A stretch of DNA of 64,000 nt from an uncultured bacterium (lineage in GTDB: Bacteria; Eisenbacteria; RBG-16-71-46; CAIMUX01; WJJG01), in the NCBI GenBank assembly GCA_964573295.1, contig CAZNJE010000013.1, positions 14,099-78,098 on the forward strand, written 5' to 3'. The notes under the pieces are model-generated. The model was not told the DNA's origin. It ran no database searches and was given only the letters and a program-made list of their open reading frames with translations. This document shows, piece after piece, positions 1 through 10,152 of the stretch (the first letter of the stretch is position 1; each line of letters starts with the position of its first letter). Both the position numbers and the translations under genes were made by a program.

Positions 1-534
1 GTGGCTCCAAGAGCCAATGTACGCGTAGTAGGCGGTTCCGTCGGCGTCCACCGCGATGGTGGGATCGCCGAGGTCGTAAGGATCGTCGATGCTGCCCTCT
101 TCCCAAGTGGCCCCGGCATCGCTGCTATAGAAGTAGTAGCAGCCGCCCCCTTGCGCCACGGCCATGAGGCGGTTCGGATCGGTCGGATCGATGACGATTC
201 CGGTTTCCTCCGGAGCGTAGAGAGCTTGGTCGACACGAACGTTGGGCCAGGTCGAACGCGTGTGGGGCACCTCTGCATCCAGCGGCAAGGGGACCGGTCG
301 GATGCCGTCTGTGTGAACTTCATCCGGGTCGTTTCCGAACATCGGCACCGTGCCTTCCGCTGGGGGTGCCAGGCCCGGGAGAGAGGCGGCATCCTCGGCG
401 GAATCCTTCGTTCGATCACTCGTTCGATCACTCGTTCGATCCCTCGCGAACAGAATCGTCACGGACAGAATCACGACGAGGATGAGGATGAGCCCCGAGG
501 CCGCGAACCATGTTGAAAGACTCCGTCGACTCAT
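1..534 (-). CDS. Secreted BNR/sialidase-like beta-propeller protein, 3' end runs off the window
   Basis: Not in the ORF track. Manual translation of the minus strand from ATG 534 (SD AGGAGGAGCAGGAG) gives MSRRSLSTWFAASGLILILVV... (signal-like), then EETGIVIDPTDPNRLMAVA, YYFYSSDAGATWEE (Asp-box SxDxGxTW) and GDPTIAVDADGTAYY, open to base 1. Confidence 0.8.
   Translation of the reverse strand, partial: MSRRSLSTWFAASGLILILVVILSVTILFARDRTSDRTSDRTKDSAEDAASLPGLAPPAEGTVPMFGNDPDEVHTDGIRPVPLPLDAEVPHTRSTWPNVRVDQALYAPEETGIVIDPTDPNRLMAVAQGGGCYYFYSSDAGATWEEGSIDDPYDLGDPTIAVDADGTAYYAYIGSWSH
409..444. repeat. 12-bp tandem repeat x3 (CGTTCGATCACT), encodes DRTS repeats
   Basis: Seen directly; third copy is CGTTCGATCCCT. 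Confidence 0.9.
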
Positions 535-996
535 CTCCTGCTCCTCCTGACCACGTTGCCCATCCCATGTTCGCGCCGACCCACACATCAATGATACATG
601 AAATCAGCATTGAACATCTTGGCAAGAGAAGCGGGGGCCGCGACACACGCTGGACTCTGCGGACGGCTTGGGATCACTGTCGCTGTCAGCGGCGCACAAT
701 TCTTCACGGTCTTCCGCCGGTCTTAGTCCTGAGGCCTCACGGCCGCGGTCCCCTTCACACGAAGTGGCAGAGAGCATGCCAATGGACCCAAAGCAGAACT
801 CTGGCGGGAGGCTGGAATCACGGTCTTTGCAATTCTTACCCAGGCAACCACTTGACGGCCTGACCAGGCCGAAGCCCTTCGCCTGCGCAGGCAGCGCCTG
901 TTCCGGGCGGAGGGACTTCCGTGGGTCAGCGCCCCGCGTGGGTCCGGATTCCGGTCCCGTGCGGTCCGGAAATCGGACGACATCGGGGATTTCCCC

Positions 997-1617
997 GTGA
1001 CCGACATAGTGCTCGAAGCGGTTCTGCACCCCTGGAATCAAGATCATGTGTGGATCTTCGAGTTTCCCGTCACCGCCTATGGCGGGGATTGGGCGCTGGG
1101 TGGGCCCGGAGGCTCGGGGAACAGCCTCCTCGTCTACCTCGAGGACGGCTCCCTCTACGTGGGCTCGATCCCCAACAGCTACGGTGGCGAGTTCTGGGGC
1201 TTCGTATCCGACATGCCGTTCTCCGCCGTCCGCGTGGTGGGCGGATCGGGCACCCAGCAACAGCACTACTGCATGGATGACATGGTCTACGTGCCCGAGT
1301 TCGAGCCCGGCCACGTCGAGCCGGACGAGCCTGGCCCGGTGACGAGCCGGCTCTCGCTACGGGTGCCGAGCCCCTATGGCATCGGCCAGACGATCCGGGC
1401 GACGGAAGATAGCGCCGGCGAGGCGTCGGCCGGTATCTTCGACACACAGGGTCGCCAGCTCCGAAACCTGGTCGCTCTCAGCCGTGGCTCGGGGGAGGCC
1501 CGTTTCAGCTGGGATGGCCGGACGGCGCAGGGGCGGGAGGTGCCCGCGTCCGCCCTATACATGCGGGTGCAGAGTGGAGGCAGCGCCATCACGCGCATGT
1601 TCGTCATCTTGCCGTAG
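997..1617 (+). CDS. Protein with C-terminal FlgD-Ig/T9SS-like domain; N-terminus probably missing
   Basis: C-terminus IFDTQGRQLRNL...FSWDGRTAQGREVPASALYMRV is FlgD-like. No signal peptide, and there is an in-frame TGA at 853-855 upstream. Confidence 0.6.
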   Translation: MTDIVLEAVLHPWNQDHVWIFEFPVTAYGGDWALGGPGGSGNSLLVYLEDGSLYVGSIPNSYGGEFWGFVSDMPFSAVRVVGGSGTQQQHYCMDDMVYVPEFEPGHVEPDEPGPVTSRLSLRVPSPYGIGQTIRATEDSAGEASAGIFDTQGRQLRNLVALSRGSGEARFSWDGRTAQGREVPASALYMRVQSGGSAITRMFVILP

Positions 1618-1682
1618 CGAGATGGTGCAATCAGTGGGCTACGTCGTCAAACAGCGCTTCGAACCGCGTGGCGAGCATTCGC

Positions 1683-2057
1683 CTAGCTTGCCCTCCGCTG
1701 GCTCTGTTTCTCTCTGATGACCTGGATGACTTCTCGATTGAACGCGCACTCGCAGATTGCATCGCAGCGACCCAGCTGCTCTTTCTCCAGGCAGTAGCCG
1801 GGGCACTCTTCCTTGCCGGTTCGCCGTTCGGCATACTTCGGTCCCTCGTACAGATTCTGAAAGCGCTCGGCGGGGATGGTCAACGTCGAGTGACACCCCT
1901 GTTTGTGATGCGTGAAATAGAACAGGCTCAGTTCAAGTGACTCGAAATCCGCCATGTAGCCGTTGATACTCAAGGACGGATCGGAGATGAAATCCTGCTG
2001 TGTCCTCCATGCTTCGCCGCACATGGGACACGTCCGAAACGGACCGCTCTCGGGCAT
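1683..2057 (-). CDS. Cys-rich hypothetical protein (CxxC...H...C motifs)
   Basis: MPESGPFRTCPMCG..., nine Cys, G-rich SD-like sequence upstream of ATG 2057. Confidence 0.7.
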   Translation of the reverse strand: MPESGPFRTCPMCGEAWRTQQDFISDPSLSINGYMADFESLELSLFYFTHHKQGCHSTLTIPAERFQNLYEGPKYAERRTGKEECPGYCLEKEQLGRCDAICECAFNREVIQVIREKQSQRRAS

Positions 2058-2323
2058 GGTACCCCCCCTCGTCGCCTGCATGCATCTTGCTTGTCTCCAA
2101 GAAGTTATCGGCAACCAGCTCATCAATCTCCGGTGGTTTCGGGAATGGGGTGAGGGATGAGGAATGAGGGATGAGATCGCGATTGCCGTGACGGGCTTGC
2201 CGATAGAAGAGGCTGATAGAAGAGGTATACGAGGCGGCGCCTTGCCCCGGGGCAGATTCTGCTTGATTCAAGACCCATCTGGCTCGACGGTTATGGGTTG
2301 GGAACGCAAGCAAGGAGGTCAGA

Positions 2324-3598
2324 ATGCAAGCGGATTTCAAGAAAGCGGTCGAGATCGGCCGTCCCCCGAATGTCACCGCGCTGTTTCCGAACTCGCAGGC
2401 CCTACTGGTCAGCGGCAAGGTCATCGACCGGGCCCTGCTCGCCAAAGGCAAGGCGATGACGATTGCCGCCAACGGGCGGAACTACTTCGTCATCCGGGGC
2501 GCGCTCCTGGCCGCGCAGCGAGCCAACGCGGCGATCATCATCGAGATCGCCAAGTCCGAGGGCGGGGTGTCGGCCTACTGCGCGACGAACTACTGGAACA
2601 TGGCCCGCACGGTCGACGCGCTGTGCAACGAGCTGGGGATCACGGTCCCGGTGGCGGTGCACGCCGACCACTACGGTATCAAGGGGGCGCCCGACATCGA
2701 GCAGGCCCGCACGGAAATCCCAAGCATGTTCACCGCGGGCATCACCTCGATCGCCGTCGATGCATCTCACCTGCCCGACGACGAGAACCTGCTGGCCAGC
2801 CTCGAGCTGAACCAGTACATCCCGGACTGGGCCGGACTCGAGACCGAGGTCGGCGAGATCAAGGGCAAGGCCGGCCTCTCGACCACGGAAGAGGCGCTCT
2901 TCTTGATCCGGGGCCTCAATGCCCACGGCATCTTCCCCGATTGGATCGCGCTCAACAACGGCACCACGCACGGCCTCGAGGCCAGCGACGCGGGCATCCA
3001 GGTCGAGCTGACCGCCGCGATCCATGAGGCGCTTTCGCCCTACGAGGTCTCCGGCGCCCAGCACGGCACCTCGGGCAACAGCTCGGAACGCCTGCGTGCG
3101 ATCGCCTCCCAGACCAAGACGACCAAGGCCAACGTCGCCACGGCGCTACAGATGATCTCCTGGGGTCTGAAGGTCAACGACTACGGCAATGCCCAGCTCG
3201 ACGAGGACGGCAACTTCATCAAGATGGAGGGCGCGGGCGCGAGCGAAGAAGCCTGGCAGGAGATGCTGGCCTACGCACAGAAGCACGAACTGAAGGGCGG
3301 CAACTTCAAGAAGCTCAACCTGCCGTTCGAGAGCCGCCTGCTGTCCCAGCCCGAGGACTTTCGCCGCCGCATGACCAAGGCCGTCGAGGACTTCATCTAC
3401 ACGCTCTTGACCGACGTGTTCAATGCTCGCGACACCGCGCCGCTGGGGATCGAGGCCATTCTGAAGGCGGGCTCCTACGATCTCGGGCCCAAAGGCAAGC
3501 GGATCGAAGACCCGGCCGAGTGGACCGAAGAGAAGATCCGCGAGGGCGCCAAGGCCATCAGCAGCGACAAGGGGCCGGCGGGGGACTTCGACGACTAG
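2324..3598 (+). CDS. fba: Class II fructose-bisphosphate aldolase
   Basis: VAVHADH, AVDASHL, ETEVGEIKG, IALNNGTTHG, AQHGTSG and KANVAT motifs; SD AAGGAGG. Confidence 0.9.
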   Translation: MQADFKKAVEIGRPPNVTALFPNSQALLVSGKVIDRALLAKGKAMTIAANGRNYFVIRGALLAAQRANAAIIIEIAKSEGGVSAYCATNYWNMARTVDALCNELGITVPVAVHADHYGIKGAPDIEQARTEIPSMFTAGITSIAVDASHLPDDENLLASLELNQYIPDWAGLETEVGEIKGKAGLSTTEEALFLIRGLNAHGIFPDWIALNNGTTHGLEASDAGIQVELTAAIHEALSPYEVSGAQHGTSGNSSERLRAIASQTKTTKANVATALQMISWGLKVNDYGNAQLDEDGNFIKMEGAGASEEAWQEMLAYAQKHELKGGNFKKLNLPFESRLLSQPEDFRRRMTKAVEDFIYTLLTDVFNARDTAPLGIEAILKAGSYDLGPKGKRIEDPAEWTEEKIREGAKAISSDKGPAGDFDD

Positions 3599-3670
3599 CT
3601 GCGTGGCCGGCGACACGCGCCGGCCAGCCGCCTGGCGAGCGATTCGCGCCGGCCTCATGGGAACCACCAA

Positions 3671-6097
3671 ATGACCCACCTCGATCCGACAGGGCCCCGC
3701 ACCGACGGGGCCCTGCAGGTTCTGGTCCCCGTCGGGGCCAGCGCACTCGCCGGCAGCCAGCTTTCGCTGCTGCGCCTGATCGCGGCCGTGCCGGCCGACC
3801 GAGTGCGTTTCCATCTGTGGGTCTTCGAGGACGGTCCCTTGCTCGAGACGCTCGAGCAGCGCGGCGTCTCCTTCGACCGCCTGCCGCGTTCTTGGCTTCG
3901 CACCCCGTGGGGCGCAGCGCGCTTGCTCGCCGCCCTGCGATCCCGCCGCCCTGACCTGATCTATCTCCATGCCAGCCGTCTGCTGGCGCTGCTCGCCCGC
4001 CGCGCGGGCATCCCCTGCCTGGAACGGGTCAACATGCCGCGCGCGCGCGGCGCCGGCGGCTGGTGCCGCTACCGATGGCTGGACCGCTGGGCCTCGAACC
4101 TCAACACCGGCCTCTTGCCCGTATCGGCCGCCCTTGCCCAGCAACTCGCGGGCCGAGGCGTCGCACCGGCGAAGCTCTGCGTCTTCCGCGACCTGATCCA
4201 CCCGGAGCAGTTCCGCCGGCCGGAGTTGCGCGCGCCGGTCCGCGCCGAGCTAGGTGTGGCCGAGGATGAGATCCTGGTGCTCTCGATCGGCCGCCTGGTC
4301 GAGCAGAAGGGACCGGACCTGTTCGCCGATGTTGCCCGGCACCTGCGGTCCAACGGCGAAGGCCGCTTTCGGTTCTGTTGGCTGGGGGATGGGCCGCTGG
4401 CCCCTGTGCTCGGGAATCGCGGCCCCCGGACACACCCGGACGAACGGACGAATCAATGTCCCGTCCTGCATCTTCCCTTCCGCAAGGATGTCGCCGGCGT
4501 GCTGGCCGCGGCCGACATCTTCTTGCAGACCTCGCGGTGGGAAGGTCTGGCCAACACGTTGCTGGAAGCCATGGCGGCCGGCTTGCCGATCGTGGCCACC
4601 GAGGTCGACGGCACGGCCGAGGCATTGACGGTCTACCCGCCAGGCAAGCTCACCCCGTCCGATGACGCCGACGCCGCGGCTGCGGCGCTGCGCGAAATCG
4701 TCCGGCAGTTCCCCGAGTCTCGCCCACCCGCCCGCGCGGCCACCACCGACGTCCCCCGGTTTCCCGCAATGTTCACGGCCCCGTCCGTAGCCGGTCACTT
4801 CGTGGCACTGGTCGCGGCCGCGGCCGCAGGCAGGCCATTGCCCGAGGCTGATGCGGTAGAGAAGCCCTTCACCGAAAAGAACGCGGTGAGCGCAGGGCGT
4901 CCGGAGCCAAGGTCATCCCGTCACAGGGCATCCGCTTCCACACCCGTGGTCGTGCTGGCCAATGACCCGTTCGATTCGCAGTGGCGACGCAAGCAGCAGC
5001 TCTACTCCCGGCTGGCACGGCGCCGGCCGGTCGTATGGGTGGATCCCCCGTTCTCGGTTCTCGACTTCGCACGCGGCCGGCGCGAGCTGGCGTCACACCT
5101 GCGGACGCCGATCCGCATTCGCTCACCGCGCGAGGGATTGACGATCCTCTCCGGCTCCCCGGGCCTGCCGGGTGAGACCTACGCTGGTACGCTCACCATC
5201 GCCAACGCCTGGCTGCACCGGCACTGGTGCCGGCGCGCGTTACGGCACCTCGACGCCCAGCGACCCGGATCGGCCTCGCGGGCCATCCTGGTATGCTATT
5301 GGCCGCTCTTTCATCCGCTACCCGGGCTGCCGCCCGAGCTCCGCCCCCGGAAGCTGGTCTACGACGCCATCGACGACTACGCCGCCCTCACGCCGTTCAG
5401 CGGATTGCGCCGGCGCATCGATCGCGCCGCCGACCTCTTGGCCGCCGCAACCGATCTCACCCTGGTTACCAATCGCCGCCTCGCCGACCGGTTGGCCGCC
5501 GCGGCCCGCCGCATCGAAATCCTGCCGCACGGTGTCGATACGGCGCTCTTCCATCCCGGCGCAGCCGAGGGAAGCCGCTTCGAAGCAATTGCCGCCGAGC
5601 CCGGTCTCAAGGTCGTCTTTCACGGCACACTGGACCACCGGCTCGATCAAGCCGTCTTGATCAAGATTCTCGAAGATGGCATCACGCTGCTTCTGGCCGG
5701 CCAGGTCGGGTGGCGCCGGGGGGAGTTGGCGCGGCTCGAGGCGGCGGGAGACTGTCGTTACGCCGGTGAGCTCACCCAGGCCGACGCCGCCGCGCTGGTG
5801 GCCGCCGGCGATGTGGGCATCATCCCCTATCGCCGGCTGCCGGGCATGGACCGCGTGCAAACGCTCAAGCGGCTGGAGTTCTTCGCCAGCGGCCTGCCGG
5901 TCGTCGCGACCGACATGGCGCCCTACCGGGATCACGCCGGGGAACTCATTTTGGCCGGCGATCCGGCCTCGTTCAGCCAAGCGGTTCGCCGAGCCGAAAC
6001 CCTCTCACCGCTCAGCCGCGACGCACGAATCGCCCTGGCCGAGGAAAACACCTGGGAAGCGCGCGTCAATGCTTTAGACGGCCATCTGATGGATTGA
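3671..6097 (+). CDS. Two-domain glycosyltransferase (GT4 plus TuaH-like GT-B)
   Basis: N half has FLQTSRWEGLANTLLEAMAAGLPIVAT. C half has DPFDSQWRRKQQL, YDAIDDY, PHGVD and KRLEFFASGLPVV. Confidence 0.85.
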   Translation: MTHLDPTGPRTDGALQVLVPVGASALAGSQLSLLRLIAAVPADRVRFHLWVFEDGPLLETLEQRGVSFDRLPRSWLRTPWGAARLLAALRSRRPDLIYLHASRLLALLARRAGIPCLERVNMPRARGAGGWCRYRWLDRWASNLNTGLLPVSAALAQQLAGRGVAPAKLCVFRDLIHPEQFRRPELRAPVRAELGVAEDEILVLSIGRLVEQKGPDLFADVARHLRSNGEGRFRFCWLGDGPLAPVLGNRGPRTHPDERTNQCPVLHLPFRKDVAGVLAAADIFLQTSRWEGLANTLLEAMAAGLPIVATEVDGTAEALTVYPPGKLTPSDDADAAAAALREIVRQFPESRPPARAATTDVPRFPAMFTAPSVAGHFVALVAAAAAGRPLPEADAVEKPFTEKNAVSAGRPEPRSSRHRASASTPVVVLANDPFDSQWRRKQQLYSRLARRRPVVWVDPPFSVLDFARGRRELASHLRTPIRIRSPREGLTILSGSPGLPGETYAGTLTIANAWLHRHWCRRALRHLDAQRPGSASRAILVCYWPLFHPLPGLPPELRPRKLVYDAIDDYAALTPFSGLRRRIDRAADLLAAATDLTLVTNRRLADRLAAAARRIEILPHGVDTALFHPGAAEGSRFEAIAAEPGLKVVFHGTLDHRLDQAVLIKILEDGITLLLAGQVGWRRGELARLEAAGDCRYAGELTQADAAALVAAGDVGIIPYRRLPGMDRVQTLKRLEFFASGLPVVATDMAPYRDHAGELILAGDPASFSQAVRRAETLSPLSRDARIALAEENTWEARVNALDGHLMD

Positions 6098-6111
6098 TCC
6101 GCGCGGACCCG

Positions 6112-7158
6112 TCACAGCCGCACGATGAGCACCCTGCCGGACTCCACTATCGCCCCGTAGCGAACGCATACGAAGAGCAGACCCGTCGGAGCTCCCGCTG
6201 TGTCCAGCCGCAGCTGACTGGGCCCCGCATCCACATTGCGCACCACCGCGGGCGCAACCGCGCGCCCGAGTACGTCGAACAGCTGCACCTGAACCTCGCC
6301 GGAAGCGGCAACCTCCAGCTGCAGATCCACCGCACGACCTCCACGAACCGCGCGCACCGACTGCATGCGCAGGCGTGCAACCTCCCGAGACCTGGATTCA
6401 TCGACCGCGGAGGTCGTGATGCCGTCATCTACCTTGTAGATCATGTCATTGGTGTTGACCGCGATCCACAGGTTGTCGCCGTCGTGGGTGATACCGTTCG
6501 GGGCCCCCCCGCCGTCCGGACACGGGAACGAATCGAGAACCTCTCCCGTCTCGGGGTCGAGCTTGTAGATAGTGGCCGGCGCGCCACCGAGCATGTTGTT
6601 CGACACCCAGATGAAGCCGGCGCCCCAAGCCAGGCCGAATGGGGAATCCCCGGGAGTAGGAATCTGCCCGTGTACGACCCCAAGGGTATCAACCTTCCAG
6701 ATCTTCTCCGGACCGTGCGTGTCGGCGATGTAGAGCCATTCGCCATCCCAGCCGATTCCCAGATGCTGTCCTTCGGCCCCGCCTGGTGCGGGGAAGGAAT
6801 CGCGCACCGCGCCTGAGATTGGATTCAGCTTGTACAACACATCGTTGGGGTAATCTCCCTGCCAAAGGTTGTACCCATCGTAGGCGAGGCCGTGCGGGCT
6901 CTCGCCGGCATAAGGAACCACTCCCAGCACGTCACCGGTCTCGGGATCCATCCGGTAGATGTTCCGATCTTCGATTGGATTGTAGATCTCCTGATAGAGA
7001 ACTCCATCAACCCACGCCAGATCGGACGTACTCGAGCCGGCGGCACATGGAAACGACAGCAGGACATCACCCAGCTCGGCGACGGCCGGTCCCGACATGA
7101 GGCCAGTCAGGATGAAGAAACAAAGAACGATCCGGGGAATGACACGGAAGCACAGCAT
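6112..7158 (-). CDS. Secreted beta-propeller protein (glutaminyl-cyclase/YncE-like repeats) with FlgD-like C-terminal domain
   Basis: Signal peptide; repeated 'SFPAPG...GLA(W/Y)DG..LW' blades; tail VQLFDVLGR...GLLFVCVRYG. Confidence 0.75.
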   Translation of the reverse strand: MLCFRVIPRIVLCFFILTGLMSGPAVAELGDVLLSFPCAAGSSTSDLAWVDGVLYQEIYNPIEDRNIYRMDPETGDVLGVVPYAGESPHGLAYDGYNLWQGDYPNDVLYKLNPISGAVRDSFPAPGGAEGQHLGIGWDGEWLYIADTHGPEKIWKVDTLGVVHGQIPTPGDSPFGLAWGAGFIWVSNNMLGGAPATIYKLDPETGEVLDSFPCPDGGGAPNGITHDGDNLWIAVNTNDMIYKVDDGITTSAVDESRSREVARLRMQSVRAVRGGRAVDLQLEVAASGEVQVQLFDVLGRAVAPAVVRNVDAGPSQLRLDTAGAPTGLLFVCVRYGAIVESGRVLIVRL

Positions 7159-7300
7159 GGCGAAAGCCCTCCTCACTTCGGATCTCAGGAGCCTGCGGCA
7201 GGAACTCCAGGACGCACGCGCCCATCCGACGTCGGGGGAAACGGGACGAGGGCGCAACAAAGATGCTACATGGGCATCCTAGCACGCTACGGTGACGGTC

Positions 7301-8227
7301 TCAATCGAGCAGAATGGTTTCCGAAGAATCGACAGGCTGGAGATTCGGCACACCGAGCGAAGGTCTCCTCTGCCCGCAGTCGAGCCGGCGGGCGACGATG
7401 ATCAGAAGACCGCCCCAGCGGTCCGCGCGCCGCGCGAGGATTCGCTCGAGACCTGCATAGAACCCGGCGCGCGCGAGCAATCGGTCCTTCAGCCGCAACA
7501 GCCCGTTCCACGCTCGGGCGGCAGACGGCCCCACGTCCGGTTCCCGCGCGCCCAGCAGATCCAGCAGCGTCACGCCGTAGAGCGGCAGGATCCGGCGCGA
7601 GGCGGTGACCTCGAACGCGCCGCCGGCCGTGATAAGTCCGGTGAGCTCGGCGGTCGAGAAGGCCCGCTGCCAGCCGTAGAGATCCAGCGTCCGGGCGCGG
7701 CGATGCCGGAACGTGTTGAGATGCGGGCGCGCGGGCACGATGAGGCACACCCACTCTCGTGACAGTGCGAGGTGCTTGCGCACCACCAACTCACGGGCCT
7801 CGCCCGAGAAGTGTTCAGCGAGCCCGGAAGAGAAGACGAGATCGTAGCGGGGATCCTCCGGCAGGTCGAAGAGGTCGGCCTCCACGAACCGGCAGGCACC
7901 CGCCCCGGTGAGCTCACGGCGGGCGCGGCCGAGCGCGGTAGCGGAGAAGTCGACCAAGGTGGCGCCGCGGGCTCCCGCATCCAGCATCAGCCGGCACAGG
8001 TGTCCGCTTCCCGCGCCCAGCTCGAGCACGTCCATCCCGCGCACATCCAGGAGGCTGGCGAGCGCATCGAAGATCCGCTGGTCGAGGCCGGCGATCTGCG
8101 CGGTGGCGGTCGATGCCCAGGTGCGGTTCCAGAGGGCGGAGTCGGTACCCACGCCGACGGCGCCATCGCGGCCGGTGGAAGCGCAACCCGCGGCGGGGGA
8201 TTCAGCGGTGGGGCGATCAGCGCACAT
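7301..8227 (-). CDS. Class I SAM-dependent methyltransferase
   Basis: VLELGAGSG, LVDFS, ADLFDL, YDLVFSSGLAEHF. ATG 8227 overlaps the upstream sulfatase stop. Confidence 0.8.
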   Translation of the reverse strand: MCADRPTAESPAAGCASTGRDGAVGVGTDSALWNRTWASTATAQIAGLDQRIFDALASLLDVRGMDVLELGAGSGHLCRLMLDAGARGATLVDFSATALGRARRELTGAGACRFVEADLFDLPEDPRYDLVFSSGLAEHFSGEARELVVRKHLALSREWVCLIVPARPHLNTFRHRRARTLDLYGWQRAFSTAELTGLITAGGAFEVTASRRILPLYGVTLLDLLGAREPDVGPSAARAWNGLLRLKDRLLARAGFYAGLERILARRADRWGGLLIIVARRLDCGQRRPSLGVPNLQPVDSSETILLD

Positions 8228-9854
8228 AGCCCAGGCTCCGCAGGAGCTCGATATCCTCCGGCGCCAGGTCGACGGGCTCGCCGCGCGGCACCGACTCGGC
8301 CAGCCGGGCGGTGTGCTCGCGGAAGTCGGCCAGCTCACGTGTGAGGTAGGCGGCCACCGGGTGATCGGATCCGGCAAGATCGCTCTGCTCGCCGGGATCC
8401 CGGCTAACATCGAAGAACTCGGTGCCCGCGCGCACCGGCGCCCCAAAGTGGTTCTGACCGGTATCGGCGGTACCGATGAGCTTGAAGCGGGGTCCGCGCA
8501 CGGCCTGGCGCTCGATGTTGAAACGAGCATTCTCGGCATAGACCAATGCTCCCTCGCCAGTCGATGAACCAGGAGCCCGATTGCCCACCCCTTCGCCGAC
8601 TCCCCCTGATGTTGCGCCCACGCCCGGAATCCAGCGCGTCAGATCCTCCCCCTGGAATCCCTCGGGGGCGTCGAGCGACGCGAGCGACAGTAGTGTCGGC
8701 GCCAGATCGATCAGCTCGACCGGACGACCCACCACGGATCCGGCAGCACGGGCCTCGGGCAACCGCAGAATGAGCGGCACGCGGATCACCTCGTCGTAGA
8801 GCGTCCAGCCGTGGCCCTCCATCGAGCCGTGGTCGCCGAACTCCTCGCCGTGGTCGCTCATCAGCGCCACGACACAACGATCCAGATCGAGCTTTGAATC
8901 CAGAAACGCCAGCAAGCGCCCTAGATGATCGTCCGTGTAGCGGATCTCACCGTCGTAGAGCGCCACGACATGCTCGCGATCGCGCTCGGGCATCTGTGCC
9001 GGCGGCACGGGGAAGTACTTGATGTAACGTGACAGGTAGCGGTGCGTGCCCTTCGCCGGCCCGGAATACGGGGAGCCGAACATCGTGTCGTAGGGCGGCG
9101 GCGGCGAGTAGTCCATGTGCGGATCGAAGTAGTGAACGAAGAGGAAGAGGGGCCGCCCGCCATCCTGTCCGTTCCCACCACCGGCACCCTCACCGGCACC
9201 CCCACCAACACCCTCACCAACGCCCTCACCGGCGAGCGTACGCTTGAGGTACGCGTCAAGCCAGCTCGCGACGTGTCCCGTCACGTGCTCGGCCCGGTAG
9301 GCGCCCCCGCCGGAGGCCATCTGCAGATGGTCGCGGTTGATGAGCTCGCGAAACTGATCGAACCCGTGCGCGAACCCGAAGCTACGTCCCACGTAGACCC
9401 AGCTCACGAACGCCGACGTGTAGTAGCCCCCTTGCCGAAACGCCTCGGCCAGGGTGGTGACCGACTCGGCCAAGGAGACCTCGTCGTTCTCCACGCCGTG
9501 GACGCTCGCATACTGGGAGGTCATGACCGACATATGGGACGGAAGCGTCCAGGACGCCTGGCTGAACGCGTTCTCAAAGCGCACGCCCCGCGATGCGAGC
9601 ACATCGATCGCCGGGGAGGTCTCGCGCGGATAGCCGTAGCATCCCAGGTGATCGGCGCGGAGGGTGTCGATCGAGATCAGGATCACGTGTGGCGGCCGGG
9701 CCCGCTCCGCTGGACCACAGCCCAGGCCGGCCAGGACCAGGATGCCCACGACCAGCGCGAACCAGCTCGGGACGCCACGCGTGGCGGCGGCGGAGATGCC
9801 GCTGAGGTTGCCGCGCGAGGAGCGCGGCCGACGACTTTCCGAATCGTGTTCCAT
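8217..9854 (-). CDS. Sulfatase-like (alkaline phosphatase superfamily) lipoprotein
   Basis: Lipobox LAGLGC; ILISIDTLRADH, WTLPSH, HYFDPH, YDGEI, SDHGEEF and VPLILR motifs. Confidence 0.85.
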   Translation of the reverse strand: MEHDSESRRPRSSRGNLSGISAAATRGVPSWFALVVGILVLAGLGCGPAERARPPHVILISIDTLRADHLGCYGYPRETSPAIDVLASRGVRFENAFSQASWTLPSHMSVMTSQYASVHGVENDEVSLAESVTTLAEAFRQGGYYTSAFVSWVYVGRSFGFAHGFDQFRELINRDHLQMASGGGAYRAEHVTGHVASWLDAYLKRTLAGEGVGEGVGGGAGEGAGGGNGQDGGRPLFLFVHYFDPHMDYSPPPPYDTMFGSPYSGPAKGTHRYLSRYIKYFPVPPAQMPERDREHVVALYDGEIRYTDDHLGRLLAFLDSKLDLDRCVVALMSDHGEEFGDHGSMEGHGWTLYDEVIRVPLILRLPEARAAGSVVGRPVELIDLAPTLLSLASLDAPEGFQGEDLTRWIPGVGATSGGVGEGVGNRAPGSSTGEGALVYAENARFNIERQAVRGPRFKLIGTADTGQNHFGAPVRAGTEFFDVSRDPGEQSDLAGSDHPVAAYLTRELADFREHTARLAESVPRGEPVDLAPEDIELLRSLGYVR

Positions 9855-10152
9855 CGCAGGCGAAGCCTACGCGGAAGCAACCGGCGGGGACAAGACCTAT
9901 CCGGGGCCTATCCGGTCCGCTTGCGGGAGACCTGCCGGCGCCGTCGCGGTGTAAGGAACAGGACCCTGCAAAACGGGCCGCTGCTGGCAACGGCCAACGC
10001 CCGTAGCCCACGCCGAGGAAAGGGGTTGTGCGGCCGAGGCCGGCAGGGCCCGCGGCCGCGCAGATCTCCATTTGGTTCTGAGATCGAGAGGGTGTAGGAT
10101 ACGCGCTTCCCCACATCCGCGTTGGTCTCACATCCGGAAGGGAAAAGGAACG

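Noticed and set aside
2146-2176. GGGATGAG/GAATGAG purine-rich repeats as a functional element
   Set aside because: Short low-complexity intergenic tract with no supporting structure.
9855-10152. Purine, PRPP or ZTP riboswitch upstream of purF
   Set aside because: No consensus elements recognisable by eye; cmscan would be needed.
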